64,000 nt of DNA from Thermoanaerobaculia bacterium (GCA_963666565.1 OY762911.1:2784001-2848000), one strand, 5' to 3'; positions 51,956 to 61,603 are shown, counted from the first letter of the stretch. The notes: generated from the sequence alone by a model not told the origin. A program made the numbers and translations.

Positions 51956-52630
51956 CTACTGGCGCGCCGCCCGCTCCGCCTGCATCGTTCTGCGTTCCTG
52001 CTGCAGCTCGCGGACGTAGGCGACGACCGCCCAGCGATCCTCGACGGTGAGCGGATAGCGGTAGCCCGCCATCAGGCCGACGCCGTTCGTGATGACGTCG
52101 TACATCCGGCCGTCGTTGTAGGTGGCGATCCGCTCGTCGTGGAGCGAGGCCGTGGGCGTGCTCGCCCGCTCGAACAGGATGCCCTGGCCCGTGCCGCGCT
52201 CGTCGTGGCAGGGCTGGCAGTAGATCTCGTAGCGGCTCGCGCCCCGGGCCAGCAACGCGTCGGTGACAGGGATGGGCGACGTCTCCAGGAAGTAGCCCTC
52301 GTCGTCGCGGCCGTGCAGGCGGCCGTGATCGACGTCGAGCTGCCCGCGCGCCACGGTGCCCGCCACCGGCTGGCGCATCGCCATCCCGTCGTAGAAGAAG
52401 GCGCTCGCCTCCTGCGGGTCGTAGCGCTCCTGGTAGTCCATGTTCGGGTTCGGGTGGATGGGCGGGAACGGGGAGGGCATGCCGCGGCAGCCGAGGAGGA
52501 GCAGGACGGCGGCCAGAGCGGCGCCGGCGTGGCGGCCGGCGGGCTCTTTCGAGCGGGTCGGAGGACCCGCGCACCCAGTGTGGAGCGGGTTCCAGGCGAG
52601 CCGGAGCCGCCGGTGGATCGCCAGGCGCAT
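51956..52630 (-). CDS. actE: ActE-like monoheme cytochrome c lipoprotein
   Basis: LLGC lipobox, MDYQERYDPQEAS.FF.DG..MRQPVAGTVARG, CQPCH, DRWAVVAYVRELQ. This is the 3' part of track ORF 51956..55483. Confidence 0.85.
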   Translation of the reverse strand: MRLAIHRRLRLAWNPLHTGCAGPPTRSKEPAGRHAGAALAAVLLLLGCRGMPSPFPPIHPNPNMDYQERYDPQEASAFFYDGMAMRQPVAGTVARGQLDVDHGRLHGRDDEGYFLETSPIPVTDALLARGASRYEIYCQPCHDERGTGQGILFERASTPTASLHDERIATYNDGRMYDVITNGVGLMAGYRYPLTVEDRWAVVAYVRELQQERRTMQAERAARQ

Positions 52631-55600
52631 CAGTGCGCGTCCTCGCCGCCGTGGTCCTCGGCGGGCGGCGGCGCCGGCGTGATCTCGCGGTTCGGATGGC
52701 GGAGCTTCGCGAGATAGGTCGTCCGCGGCTTCGTGTGCAGGTCGTCGAGCAGGTTGTAGTTGCGGGGGCTCGCCTTCGCCTGGGAAACGCCGCTCTCGGC
52801 GTCCGTGACGTCGCCGAAGCGGATCGCCTCGGCCGGGCAGGCCTGCTGGCACGCGGTGACGACGTCGCCGTCGGCCAGGGCCCGCCCGTCCTGCTTGGCG
52901 TCTACCTTGGCGCGGCTGATCCGCTGCACGCAGTACGTGCACTTCTCCATGACGCCGCGGGAACGGATCGTCACGTCCGGGTTCTTGCCCAGCTTCATCA
53001 CCTCGGGCGTGTCCTTGGTGAAGTTGAAGTAGTTGAAGCGCCGCACCTTGTAGGGGCAGTTGTTCGAGCAGTAGCGGGTGCCGATGCAACGGTTGTAGAC
53101 CATCGCGTTCAGCCCTTCGCTGTCGTGTACGGTGGCCGCGACCGGGCAGACCTGTTCGCAGGGCGCGTTCTCGCACTGCATGCAGGGCACCGGCTGGAAG
53201 CTCGTCTGCGGCTCGGACGGGAGGTCGTGGACGAGGTCCTGGAGCATGCCGCCGAACTCGCCCTCGTCGGAGAAGTAGCGGTCGATGCGGAGCCAGTGCA
53301 TCTCCCGGCCCTCCATCACCTGCTCCTTGCCGACGATCGGCACGTTGTTCTCGCTCTGGCAGGCGATCATGCAGGCGTTGCAGCCGACGCAGGCGTTCAG
53401 GTCGATCGTCATGCCCCACTGCGGCGAATCCCGGTAGGTCCACTCGTTCCACATCGAGTTCTCGTGGGGCTTCTCGCTGTGGGCGGTCGCGAAGTCGGGA
53501 TGCTCCTCGAAGTAGTCGAGATCGGCCTCGCGGACGATCGGGCGTCCCTCCATCGAGTGGTGGTCCTGGGTCTGCGCCAGCGGATACGTGCCGCCGGTCG
53601 GACTGAGCGTTCCGCGGGCGAGATCGGGCGCCTCCGAGGTGCGCAGGAGATAGGCGTTCCGCCCGGGTGCGCGGCCCTCGGCGTTGGCGGCGCTCGCGAT
53701 CCGGCCCGCGAAGTCGCGGCCGTAGCCGAGGTCGAGCGTCACCGAGTTGTCGGCCTGTCCCGGCACTTGCCAGACGGGCAGTTCCAGTTCGCGCTCGCCG
53801 GAGGTCACCGTGACGAGGTCTTCGTTCTCCAGGCCCAGCGCGCCGGCGGTGGCCGGGCTGATCAGGGCGGCGTTGTCCCAGGTCAGCTTGGTCATCGCGT
53901 CCGGCAGCTCCTGGAGCCAGCCGTTGTTGGCGAAACGGCCGTCGTGGACCGCCGGGGAGCATCGGAAGACGATCTCCAGCTCGTCGCCGGAGGCGATCGG
54001 CGGGGCGGCGTCGCCGGCGGCACGCACCGCGGCCGCGGCGTCCTCGGCGGTCACGGCGGAAAGATCGGCTGTCGGCGCCGCGCTGCCGTCGAGCAGGCCG
54101 TCGTGGAGCACCTTGCGCCAGGCGATCTCGAACTCCGAGAGGGCAACGGGGAACGGCAGGGACATCGGGTCGACCGGCACGGACTCCTCGTCCGGCGCGG
54201 CGCCTTCGCCTTCGCCGTCCGCGGCCGCTTCGGCGTCCGCTCCGGCTTCCGGCGCGGCCGCGGAGGCAGCGTCTTCCCCGCCGCCCTCGTCGAGCGGCAG
54301 GCCGAGGATCTCCGACCAGGTTTCGCGCACCAGATCGCGGCCGTCCAGGTCCTCGCCCAGCGCCGCCAGCGCCAGCACCTCGACGAGGCTCTTGGCGCCG
54401 TACAGCGGCTCGATCAGGGGCTGGACGACGCTGGCCGTGCCATCGGTGGCGCGGGCGTCGCCCCAGCTCTCCAGGAAGTGGGCGAGGGGCACGTGCCAGC
54501 GCGCGTGACGGCTCGTCTCGTCCCGGTAGGCGCCGACGTGGACGACGGCGCCCGCTTCGCCCAGGTTCTCCAGGGCGGCGGCGAAGTCGAGATCGGCGGG
54601 GGCGCTGTAGGCGGGGTTCGCGCCCAGGATCAGCAGGCGGTCCACCGAGCCCCGGTCGATGGCCGCCGCCAGGTCGGCGAGGTCCGCGTCGCTGGAGCTG
54701 CCGAGGTCGGGCGTCCGGTGGTACGTCACCGTGGCGCCGGCGTTGCCGAGCGCCGAGTTCAGCGCGTAGACGGCGGCGTGGACGGCCGCCGGCTGCCGGT
54801 CGCCGGCGACAATCAGGCCGGCGCCGCGGTGGGCGAGGAGATCCTGGGCCACCGCTTCGACCCACGCGTCGTCGATGTCTTCGGCTGGCGCGCCGGCGTC
54901 GAGGGGCAGGTCCAGGCCGCCGGCCGCGAGGGCACCGCCGAGCCGGGCCACGAAGGCCGCGACCCGGCCGCTCTGCACCCGCAGGCGATGGTCGGCGTTG
55001 GCCGCGGTGGTCGAGTGGACGCCGTCGACCGCGTAGTGCCGTAGCGGGCTGCCGCCGCCTTCCTCGTTCACGCGCCGGGCCCGGGCGTAACCGCGCAGGT
55101 TGCGGACGCCGTCGCCCTCGGTGGCGAGGAAGTCGGAATCCAGGGTCAGCAGGACCTTCGCCCGGTCCACGTGGCGGAGCGCGTGGACCCGCTCGCCGGC
55201 GGCGAGCGCCGTGCCCCGGTCGGCGTTCTCCTCGCTGACCGGCGCCCAGGTCACCCAGCGCGCCTGCGGATAGCGGTCGAGCAGCGCTTCCTTGAGCCGG
55301 ACCAGGGTCGGCGAGGAGGACGGCTCGGCGAGGATGGCGAAGCCCGTGCCGTCGGCGGCGGGGCCGAGGTCGCCCTCGGTCCAGGCGGCCGCGAAGTCGT
55401 CCCAGGTGGACGCCTCGTCGCCGAAGCGTACGGACTTCGACCGGTCCGGGTCGTACAGGTCGAGAATGGAGGACTGAGCCCACGTACTCGACGCGCCCTC
55501 CGAGAAGGGGTGGGACTCGTTGCCCTCGACCTTCGTCGGCCGCCCTTCGTGGCTCTCCACGACCAGGCCGAGCGCCCGGCCGCCGAGCGGCATCGTCGTC

Positions 55601-55899
55601 GCGTACAGCAGCGGAACGCCCGGGACCATGCCCTCCGGAGCGTCGACGTAGGGGACGATGTGCTCGACCGGGCGGCGGACGATGTCGCAGCCGGTCAGGC
55701 CGGCGAGCGACGCCGCCCCGCCCAGCATGGCCAGCGCGCTCCGCCGGCTGACGCCGTCCCGCAGCAACTCCGGCGGCGCCTCGGACGCGCCCTCCGGGAA
55801 CTCCCGGTGGAGGAGATCGACGGTTCGGGAGTCGCCCCGGATCTGCTCCAGGCTGCGCCAGTAGGTTCTCTCCGGCCGCTTGCCGTTGCCCGCGCTCAT
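52630..55899 (-). CDS. actB: ActB: Tat-exported molybdopterin-oxidoreductase-like domain fused to 4Fe-4S domains
   Basis: YWRSLE, SRRSAL..LTGC, GRPTKVEGN..HP, NNGWLQELPD, CVGCNAC, CMQC..PC..VCP, CIGTRYCSNNCP, RGVMEKCTYC. Confidence 0.92.
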   Translation of the reverse strand: MSAGNGKRPERTYWRSLEQIRGDSRTVDLLHREFPEGASEAPPELLRDGVSRRSALAMLGGAASLAGLTGCDIVRRPVEHIVPYVDAPEGMVPGVPLLYATTMPLGGRALGLVVESHEGRPTKVEGNESHPFSEGASSTWAQSSILDLYDPDRSKSVRFGDEASTWDDFAAAWTEGDLGPAADGTGFAILAEPSSSPTLVRLKEALLDRYPQARWVTWAPVSEENADRGTALAAGERVHALRHVDRAKVLLTLDSDFLATEGDGVRNLRGYARARRVNEEGGGSPLRHYAVDGVHSTTAANADHRLRVQSGRVAAFVARLGGALAAGGLDLPLDAGAPAEDIDDAWVEAVAQDLLAHRGAGLIVAGDRQPAAVHAAVYALNSALGNAGATVTYHRTPDLGSSSDADLADLAAAIDRGSVDRLLILGANPAYSAPADLDFAAALENLGEAGAVVHVGAYRDETSRHARWHVPLAHFLESWGDARATDGTASVVQPLIEPLYGAKSLVEVLALAALGEDLDGRDLVRETWSEILGLPLDEGGGEDAASAAAPEAGADAEAAADGEGEGAAPDEESVPVDPMSLPFPVALSEFEIAWRKVLHDGLLDGSAAPTADLSAVTAEDAAAAVRAAGDAAPPIASGDELEIVFRCSPAVHDGRFANNGWLQELPDAMTKLTWDNAALISPATAGALGLENEDLVTVTSGERELELPVWQVPGQADNSVTLDLGYGRDFAGRIASAANAEGRAPGRNAYLLRTSEAPDLARGTLSPTGGTYPLAQTQDHHSMEGRPIVREADLDYFEEHPDFATAHSEKPHENSMWNEWTYRDSPQWGMTIDLNACVGCNACMIACQSENNVPIVGKEQVMEGREMHWLRIDRYFSDEGEFGGMLQDLVHDLPSEPQTSFQPVPCMQCENAPCEQVCPVAATVHDSEGLNAMVYNRCIGTRYCSNNCPYKVRRFNYFNFTKDTPEVMKLGKNPDVTIRSRGVMEKCTYCVQRISRAKVDAKQDGRALADGDVVTACQQACPAEAIRFGDVTDAESGVSQAKASPRNYNLLDDLHTKPRTTYLAKLRHPNREITPAPPPAEDHGGEDAH

Positions 55900-56543
55900 C
55901 GGTGGCACCCCGTGCAGTCCTCGGGCGGCGCCAGCGCCCGTTCCGCGATCGCCAGTTCGGCGAAGGCCTCGTGGTCCCCGGTCGGGATCCACTCCATGTC
56001 GGTCACCGCGTCCAGCGGCCGCAGGTGGGGACCCGGGTCGCGGTGGCAGTCGAGGCACCAGCTCATGCTCAGAGGCTCCGCCTGGTACACGACCTCCATC
56101 TCGTGGACCGGACCGTGGCAGGTCCGGCAGCCGACGCCGGCCGCGACGTGGACGCTGTGATCGAAGAAGGCGTAGTCGGGCAGGTTGTGGATGCGCACCC
56201 AGCGCATCGGACGGTCCTGTTCGACGCTCTTGCGGATCGGTTCGAGGAGTTCGCTCTCGCGCGCGGCGACGTGGTGGCAGTTCATGCATACCTGGGTCGG
56301 CGGGACGTTCGAGACCGCCGACTCCTCGACGGAGGCGTGGCAGTAGCGGCAGTCGAGGCCGAGCTCGCCGACGTGAAGTTCGTGGCTGTAGGGCACGGGC
56401 TGCGCCGGCCGGTAACCGACGTCGGTGTACTCCGGGGAGAAGAAGTACCAGACGCCGCCCACCGCGACGGCGCCGGCGACGGGCAACGCGACCGCCGCGT
56501 ACAGCGGTAGCCGGAGGGTCCACTTGGGGAAGATCTGAGCCAA
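55896..56543 (-). CDS. actA: ActA: pentaheme cytochrome c with N-terminal TM
   Basis: (M)AQIFPKW; QPVPYSH..H; CRYCH, CMNCH, CRTCH, CLDCH, CTGCH. TTG start inferred. Confidence 0.92.
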   Translation of the reverse strand: MAQIFPKWTLRLPLYAAVALPVAGAVAVGGVWYFFSPEYTDVGYRPAQPVPYSHELHVGELGLDCRYCHASVEESAVSNVPPTQVCMNCHHVAARESELLEPIRKSVEQDRPMRWVRIHNLPDYAFFDHSVHVAAGVGCRTCHGPVHEMEVVYQAEPLSMSWCLDCHRDPGPHLRPLDAVTDMEWIPTGDHEAFAELAIAERALAPPEDCTGCHR

Positions 56544-56597
56544 GTATCCGTACCTTGAAGCAGGGTACGAAGCCCTGCCCGATCCGAAGTCGCGCGG

Positions 56598-56626
56598 AGT
56601 GTACAGCGTGCCAACGGGGCGGTCAA
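56598..56626 (-). promoter_or_regulatory. Sigma70-type promoter of the act/bd-like operon
   Basis: Minus strand TTGACC, 17-nt spacer, TACACT with TG extension, about 55 nt before actA. Confidence 0.65.
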
Positions 56627-56664
56627 AGGACGATCCCAGGATCGCGCCGGGATAGGGTCGCGCC

Positions 56665-57321
56665 ATGTCCGAAGGAGGCCCTTCCGGCGCGGATGGAGAG
56701 CCGGGAGAACCCCGCCGGCGCTTCCTGAATCCCTGGTTTCTCGCGGCCCTGGCCGGTCTCGTCCTGATTCCGGCGATCAGGCCGCTGCTCCGGTTCGAGC
56801 CGGATCCGCCGCCGGTGCTGCGGCAGTTGCCGGAGTGGCGGCTGGTGGACCAGAACGGAGAGTCGTTCGGCAGCGGCGACCTGGCGGGCGAGGTCTGGGT
56901 CGCCTCCTTCCTGTTCACGCGCTGCGCCACGGTCTGTCCCCGGCTCACCGCCTCCGTGCGGCAGTTGCAGCGCCGCTACCGGGAAGAGGGCGTCGAGGGC
57001 GTGCGGCTGGTCAGCTTCTCCGTCGACCCGGAGCACGACACGCCGGAAAGGCTGCGCGACCATGCGCGCAGCCGGCGGCTCGACCTGGAGCGCTGGAGTC
57101 TCGTCACCGGCGCCGAGCGGGACGTGCGCTCGGTGGTCGTCGAGGGCTTCGCCCTGCCGATGGGGGAGCGGCTGGACCTCGCCGGCGGTCTGGTCGACGT
57201 GGCGCACGCGGCGCGACTGGCTCTCGTCGACCGCGACGGCGGCGTCCGCGGCTACTACGCCTCGGACGAGGTGGGCCTGGACGAAGTCTTCCACCGGACC
57301 CGGCAGATTCTCGCGGAGTAG
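56665..57321 (+). CDS. SCO1/SenC family copper chaperone
   Basis: FLFTRCATVCP (CxxxC), SVDPEHDTP, conserved His (VAH), LVDRDGGVRGYY. Confidence 0.9.
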   Translation: MSEGGPSGADGEPGEPRRRFLNPWFLAALAGLVLIPAIRPLLRFEPDPPPVLRQLPEWRLVDQNGESFGSGDLAGEVWVASFLFTRCATVCPRLTASVRQLQRRYREEGVEGVRLVSFSVDPEHDTPERLRDHARSRRLDLERWSLVTGAERDVRSVVVEGFALPMGERLDLAGGLVDVAHAARLALVDRDGGVRGYYASDEVGLDEVFHRTRQILAE

Positions 57322-57327
57322 CGCCGG

Positions 57328-57467
57328 CCGGGTGCGCGGGTCTTCCGACCCGCTCCGGGCGGCGTCGCGGAGCGGCGCAGCCCGGACAGTGGGGCCGCCG
57401 GCCAAAGGCCGGCGACGTCTATCCGGCCGCCTGCGGCGGCAGCGGGTCGGAAGACCCGCGCACCCGG
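57328..57467. repeat. Inverted REP pair (REPIN/BIME-like)
   Basis: 27-nt perfect inverted copies of AGCGGGTCGGAAGACCCGCGCACCCGG between convergent genes. Confidence 0.85.
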
Positions 57468-58588
57468 TCGGTTCGTTCCCGCGGTCCCGGGGGTTCCATC
57501 TCCAGGATCCACTGGCGGATGAGGGCCACGGCTTCGACGTCGACCAGGCCGCGTCCGATCTCGGGCATCGCGATGCCGGGGTGGGTCGACTCGAGCCGGT
57601 AGAGGAGGATGGACTCGTCCGGCTTGCCGGGGACCACGGCATAGATGCGGTCCCCGGTGCCGAGGCCGGCGGCTACGGGGTGCTTGTATAGGCCCAGCCG
57701 GGTCCGGTCCTCGTGGTCCTTGCGGAGATCGAGCCCCGAGGTGCGGCCGCTGCCCGTCAGGTTGTGGCAGTGGGCGCAGTTGATGTCGAGCCAGGTTCGG
57801 GCCCGCTCGTCGACGCTGCCGGAAGACGCCGCGTTCCAGACCGGCGCGCGCGGAGCTTCGGCGGCCGGCGGCGCCCCTTCCAGAAAGCCGATGCGCCGCC
57901 ACCGCTCGAGCTGGTTGTCCCGAACGGTCGGTCCGTCGGGGGCGGAGTAGTCGAAGTGCCGGTTCAACTGCGCCGCCTGGGGACCGATCGGCAGCACGCG
58001 CTCGCCGTCCGTCCGGTGGCAGGTCTTGCACTGGTTCGCGTTCGGCACTCGGTAGGTGTGGTCGATCCTCGCGCCCTCGGCGTCGATCCACGACACCTCG
58101 AGCGGCCCGCCGACGATCTGGAGTTCGGCGTCCGTCAGCCCGGCGTTCCAGATGTACGGCAGCCCGATCCAGCCGTCCTCCTCGTGGACGAGCAGCCTGG
58201 TTTCCAGGGGCCGCAGGCCTTCTTCGGGGACCCGGAAGTCGGCGGGGTAGGCGAACGTCTTCGCGATCACCGTGCCCACCGGGAACTCGAACGGGCCGGT
58301 TTCCCGGTAGTGCGCCGGGACGACGGCGCCTCCGGGGCCATCCGGCAGGCGCATGAAGCGGAACTTCAGCGCGTAGTCCGAGAACAAAGCCGTGTTCAGG
58401 TCGTACGGCTCGACACCGGCGGCCGGGATGTGGTCTGCCTGCTCGCCAACGAACAGGCCCCAGGCCGAGAGTCTCTCCGGGTAGCGGCTGAACGGCCCCT
58501 GGTCGGAACCGGCCTCCCCGCCCGCGCAGCCCGCCAGCACGAATGCGGCAAACGTCAGTGCCGCGTGTTGTGCGCTAGGGAGCGCCAC
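57419..58588 (-). CDS. SO2930/HNE_0200-type diheme cytochrome c lipoprotein
   Basis: LAGC, YDLNTALFSDYALK.RF, FPVGTVIAKTF, LETRLL, CKTCH, CAHCH, MPEIGR. Confidence 0.85.
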   Translation of the reverse strand: MALPSAQHAALTFAAFVLAGCAGGEAGSDQGPFSRYPERLSAWGLFVGEQADHIPAAGVEPYDLNTALFSDYALKFRFMRLPDGPGGAVVPAHYRETGPFEFPVGTVIAKTFAYPADFRVPEEGLRPLETRLLVHEEDGWIGLPYIWNAGLTDAELQIVGGPLEVSWIDAEGARIDHTYRVPNANQCKTCHRTDGERVLPIGPQAAQLNRHFDYSAPDGPTVRDNQLERWRRIGFLEGAPPAAEAPRAPVWNAASSGSVDERARTWLDINCAHCHNLTGSGRTSGLDLRKDHEDRTRLGLYKHPVAAGLGTGDRIYAVVPGKPDESILLYRLESTHPGIAMPEIGRGLVDVEAVALIRQWILEMEPPGPRERTDRVRGSSDPLPPQAAG

Positions 58589-59825
58589 CGGTCGCCGCGC
58601 CGAGGTCGACCGGCTGGGGCACCGCCGGCAGCGCGCCCCGGTGCGCCGCCAGGTCCGTGCTGACGTTCGGTTCGCCGCCGGCGAAGACGGAACCGAGGTC
58701 GAGGTTCACGAAGTCGGCGTCGCCGTTGTTCTCGATGTAGAGCCACAGTTCCGCCGGCACCTCGCCGTCGACCAGCTTGTCCGGGTTGGAGACCCCGTCC
58801 CACACGATGTCCGGGAAGGCGCCGCCCGCGAGGGCGACGAAGGCATCCGCGAAGTCGCCGTTCGGGCCGTCGCCGCCGCCGACGAACTCGTTGCCGTGAA
58901 TGTAGACGCCCTCGGTGTACGGGTCGTAGTCGGGATCGTTGTAGCCGCGGCCGGTCGACAGGTAGGAGATGACCGCGAGGTTCGAGTTCCGGTTGTCGCG
59001 GATCCGGTTCTCGAACAGCTCGACGTTGTCGCTCGCCATCACGATGATCCCCGAGCCGGCCGGGATCGTCGACACGATCGCGCCTTCCTTGCCGAAGTTG
59101 GGCAGGTTGTTGTCCGTGATGTCGTTGTCGTAGACGCGGGCGTCGCGGCCGTCCTTGACCGGCAGCTCGGGCAGGGAGAAGACGAGCAGGCCGCCGGTGT
59201 TGCCGTGCGCCCGGTTTCCGTAGACATCGGCGCCGGTCGTGTTCTCGATCTCGATGCCGGCCACGTTCTCCCACGCCTCGTTGCGCCGGACCACGACGTT
59301 GGCGGACTGGCCGACGTAGATGCCGGCGTCCGAGGCGCCGCGCACCTTGCTGTCCTCGATCAGCACGTTCGTCACCTGGACCGGGTAGAGCCCGTAGGCG
59401 CCGTTGTTCGTGTCGGGTCCGTTCGTCCACTCGACCCGAACGCTCCGGAAGGCGGCGCCGGTGGTGCCCTCGACCTTGATTCCGTCGCCCCTCGTGTTTT
59501 CGACCGCGAGGTTCTCGACGGTGAAGTCGTCGGCGGTGGCGAGGATCCCCTCGCCGCCCGTGCCGGGGGCCTGCGCGGAGAAGTCGAGAACCGTCTCGTC
59601 CATGCCCTGGCCGCGCAGGGTCACGCCCTCCGTGTCGAGCGAGAGAGTGGCGTCGAGTTCGAAGCGGCCGGCGGCGAGCTCGATGACGGCGCCGGGCTCG
59701 GCCACGAGCAGCGCTTCCTGGAGCGTCCGGTGGTCGTTGTCGCCGGGGCGCAGCGTGGCGTCCTCCTGTGCGCAGGCGGCGAGAGCGAGCGAGCAGACGG
59801 CGGCAGGGAGGATGAGGTGCTTCAT
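58575..59825 (-). CDS. Parallel beta-helix repeat lipoprotein (usual partner of the SO2930-type cytochrome)
   Basis: NGAYGLYPV, GASDAGIYVGQS, NVAGIEIEN, NTGGLLVF.LP. Confidence 0.85.
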   Translation of the reverse strand: MKHLILPAAVCSLALAACAQEDATLRPGDNDHRTLQEALLVAEPGAVIELAAGRFELDATLSLDTEGVTLRGQGMDETVLDFSAQAPGTGGEGILATADDFTVENLAVENTRGDGIKVEGTTGAAFRSVRVEWTNGPDTNNGAYGLYPVQVTNVLIEDSKVRGASDAGIYVGQSANVVVRRNEAWENVAGIEIENTTGADVYGNRAHGNTGGLLVFSLPELPVKDGRDARVYDNDITDNNLPNFGKEGAIVSTIPAGSGIIVMASDNVELFENRIRDNRNSNLAVISYLSTGRGYNDPDYDPYTEGVYIHGNEFVGGGDGPNGDFADAFVALAGGAFPDIVWDGVSNPDKLVDGEVPAELWLYIENNGDADFVNLDLGSVFAGGEPNVSTDLAAHRGALPAVPQPVDLGAATGGAP

Positions 59826-59925
59826 GGTCGGATTCCGTCTCCGGTGTCGTTACCTGGCCAGCGGGATCGTGCCATCATAGCCCCGAAACGCCTCGCAGCC
59901 TCGAAGCGGGAGGAGGACGGAGCCA

Positions 59926-60483
59926 GTGAAATCAGCGAGAAAAAACGACACGAGTCCGCGTTTCCGCCTGGCGGCGGTCGCCTTCGCGGCGTTCGCCGCC
60001 GGCCTCGCCGGCGCGGCGACCGCCCAGGACCCGGCGCCGGTTCCCGAGCCGGAACCGATCGGCACGATGAGCGAACTGATGATCAAGCTCATGTATCCGG
60101 CCTCGGACGCCATTCTCTACGTCGAGAGCCGGGCGCCGACCGACGAGGTCGAGTGGAACGAGCTGCAGGCGCAGGCGCTCATCCTCGCCGAGTCGGCCAA
60201 CCTGATCATGATGCCGAGCCGCGTGGTCGGCGACCGCGACGAGTGGATGCGCGACGCCCGACTGATGTTCGACGCTGGCGCCGCCGCCTACGAGGCCGCG
60301 CTCGAGCACGATCTGGACGCGCTGATCGCGCTGAACGAGCAGGTCTACATGTCCTGCGTGGTGTGCCATCGCCGAACCCGGCCGGACTACGGCAGGAACT
60401 ACAAGCGCTTCGACGATGCGCCGGCCGAGGCCGTTCCTTCCGCCGAAGAGGCGCCTCCCGTGGAAGAGGGGTCGGTACCGTAG
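59926..60483 (+). CDS. Class II (c'-like) cytochrome c
   Basis: Signal peptide, helical body, C-terminal CVVCH. Confidence 0.7.
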   Translation: MKSARKNDTSPRFRLAAVAFAAFAAGLAGAATAQDPAPVPEPEPIGTMSELMIKLMYPASDAILYVESRAPTDEVEWNELQAQALILAESANLIMMPSRVVGDRDEWMRDARLMFDAGAAAYEAALEHDLDALIALNEQVYMSCVVCHRRTRPDYGRNYKRFDDAPAEAVPSAEEAPPVEEGSVP

Positions 60484-60628
60484 CTTCGCCCCGCCGACGC
60501 ACGGGCGACGCGAATGCCGAAACGGACGCGAGTGCCGAAACGTCCGTCTTGAGGGTCGAGGCCGGCCGTCCTGCCGGCGCGCGGGCGACGCTGCTACGAT
60601 GGCGCGCTCAACTCCAGGAGGCCAGAAC

Positions 60629-61564
60629 GTGAACTCGATCGAATCTCGCAGGCGTCGGGCGGCGTGCGCGACTCTGTTGCTTCTCGCGGCGGCGCTGCCC
60701 GCCGGCCTCGCCGCGGACGGATCCAACGCGGACGTCTGGGACCGCGTGGAGCACCACACGGCGCAGAACGGCGACGTCGGCATCCACTACGTCACCCTCG
60801 GGGAGGGCGAGCCGGTCCTCTTCATCCACGGATTTCCCGACATCTGGTACAGCTACCGGCACCAGATGGCGGCACTCGAGGGGGACTTCCGCGCCGCGGC
60901 GATGGACCTCCGCGGTTACAACCGGAGCGGCCAGCCGAAGCGGGTCGAGGACTACGCCATGCCTCATCTGCTGGCGGACGTGGCGGCCGTGGTCGAGGAT
61001 CTCGGCGCGCCGATCAACCTGGTCGGTCACGACTGGGGCGGGGCGATCGCCTGGCGTTTCGCGATCGAGAATCCGGACAAGGTCAAGCGGCTCGTCATCA
61101 TGAACCTGACCCACCCGCGCGGCTACGCGAACGTGATCGCGAACGCGACCGAGGCGCAGCGCCGCAACGTCCAGTACGCCCGGAACTTCGCGTCGTCCGA
61201 GCCGGACGGCAGCCCGGTGCCGGAGGGGCTGCTCGGCCGCTACGAGAGCGAGGGCGAGAAGGTGGCCGGCCACTACCGGGAGGCGTTTGCCCGCTCCTAC
61301 TGGGACGGCATGCTGAACTACTACCGGGCGAACTACGGCGGCGTCGCGGCCGGCGGCGAGTTGCCGAACCTCGAGATGCCCGTGCTCCAGTTCCACGGCC
61401 TGAAGGACACGGCGGTGGACAAGGACGGGCTGAAGAACACCTGGGACTGGATCGACCGCGACTACACCCTGGTCACCGTGCCGACGGTGGGCCACTGGGT
61501 CCAGTTGGAGGCCGCGGACCTGGTCTCGAAGACGATGCACGCCTGGCTGCTGGCCAGGCAGTAG
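60629..61564 (+). CDS. Secreted alpha/beta hydrolase (epoxide hydrolase-like)
   Basis: HGFPD, DLRGYNRS, GHDWGG (Asp nucleophile), GHWVQ. Start approximate. Confidence 0.88.
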   Translation: MNSIESRRRRAACATLLLLAAALPAGLAADGSNADVWDRVEHHTAQNGDVGIHYVTLGEGEPVLFIHGFPDIWYSYRHQMAALEGDFRAAAMDLRGYNRSGQPKRVEDYAMPHLLADVAAVVEDLGAPINLVGHDWGGAIAWRFAIENPDKVKRLVIMNLTHPRGYANVIANATEAQRRNVQYARNFASSEPDGSPVPEGLLGRYESEGEKVAGHYREAFARSYWDGMLNYYRANYGGVAAGGELPNLEMPVLQFHGLKDTAVDKDGLKNTWDWIDRDYTLVTVPTVGHWVQLEAADLVSKTMHAWLLARQ

Positions 61565-61603
61565 GGGCGCCGCGGGGCGCAGGAGCAAAGAGGAGGTCGC
61601 AGC

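Noticed and set aside
50011-55899. Nitrite oxidoreductase or canonical cytochrome bd oxidase
   Set aside because: The large subunit is ActB-type rather than NarG/NxrA-like, and no CydB is present. Nitrite oxidation cannot be inferred from this window.
56600-56615. Sigma54 promoter (TGGCACG) upstream of actA
   Set aside because: The -12 TTGC element is absent; a sigma70 -35/-10 pair fits better.
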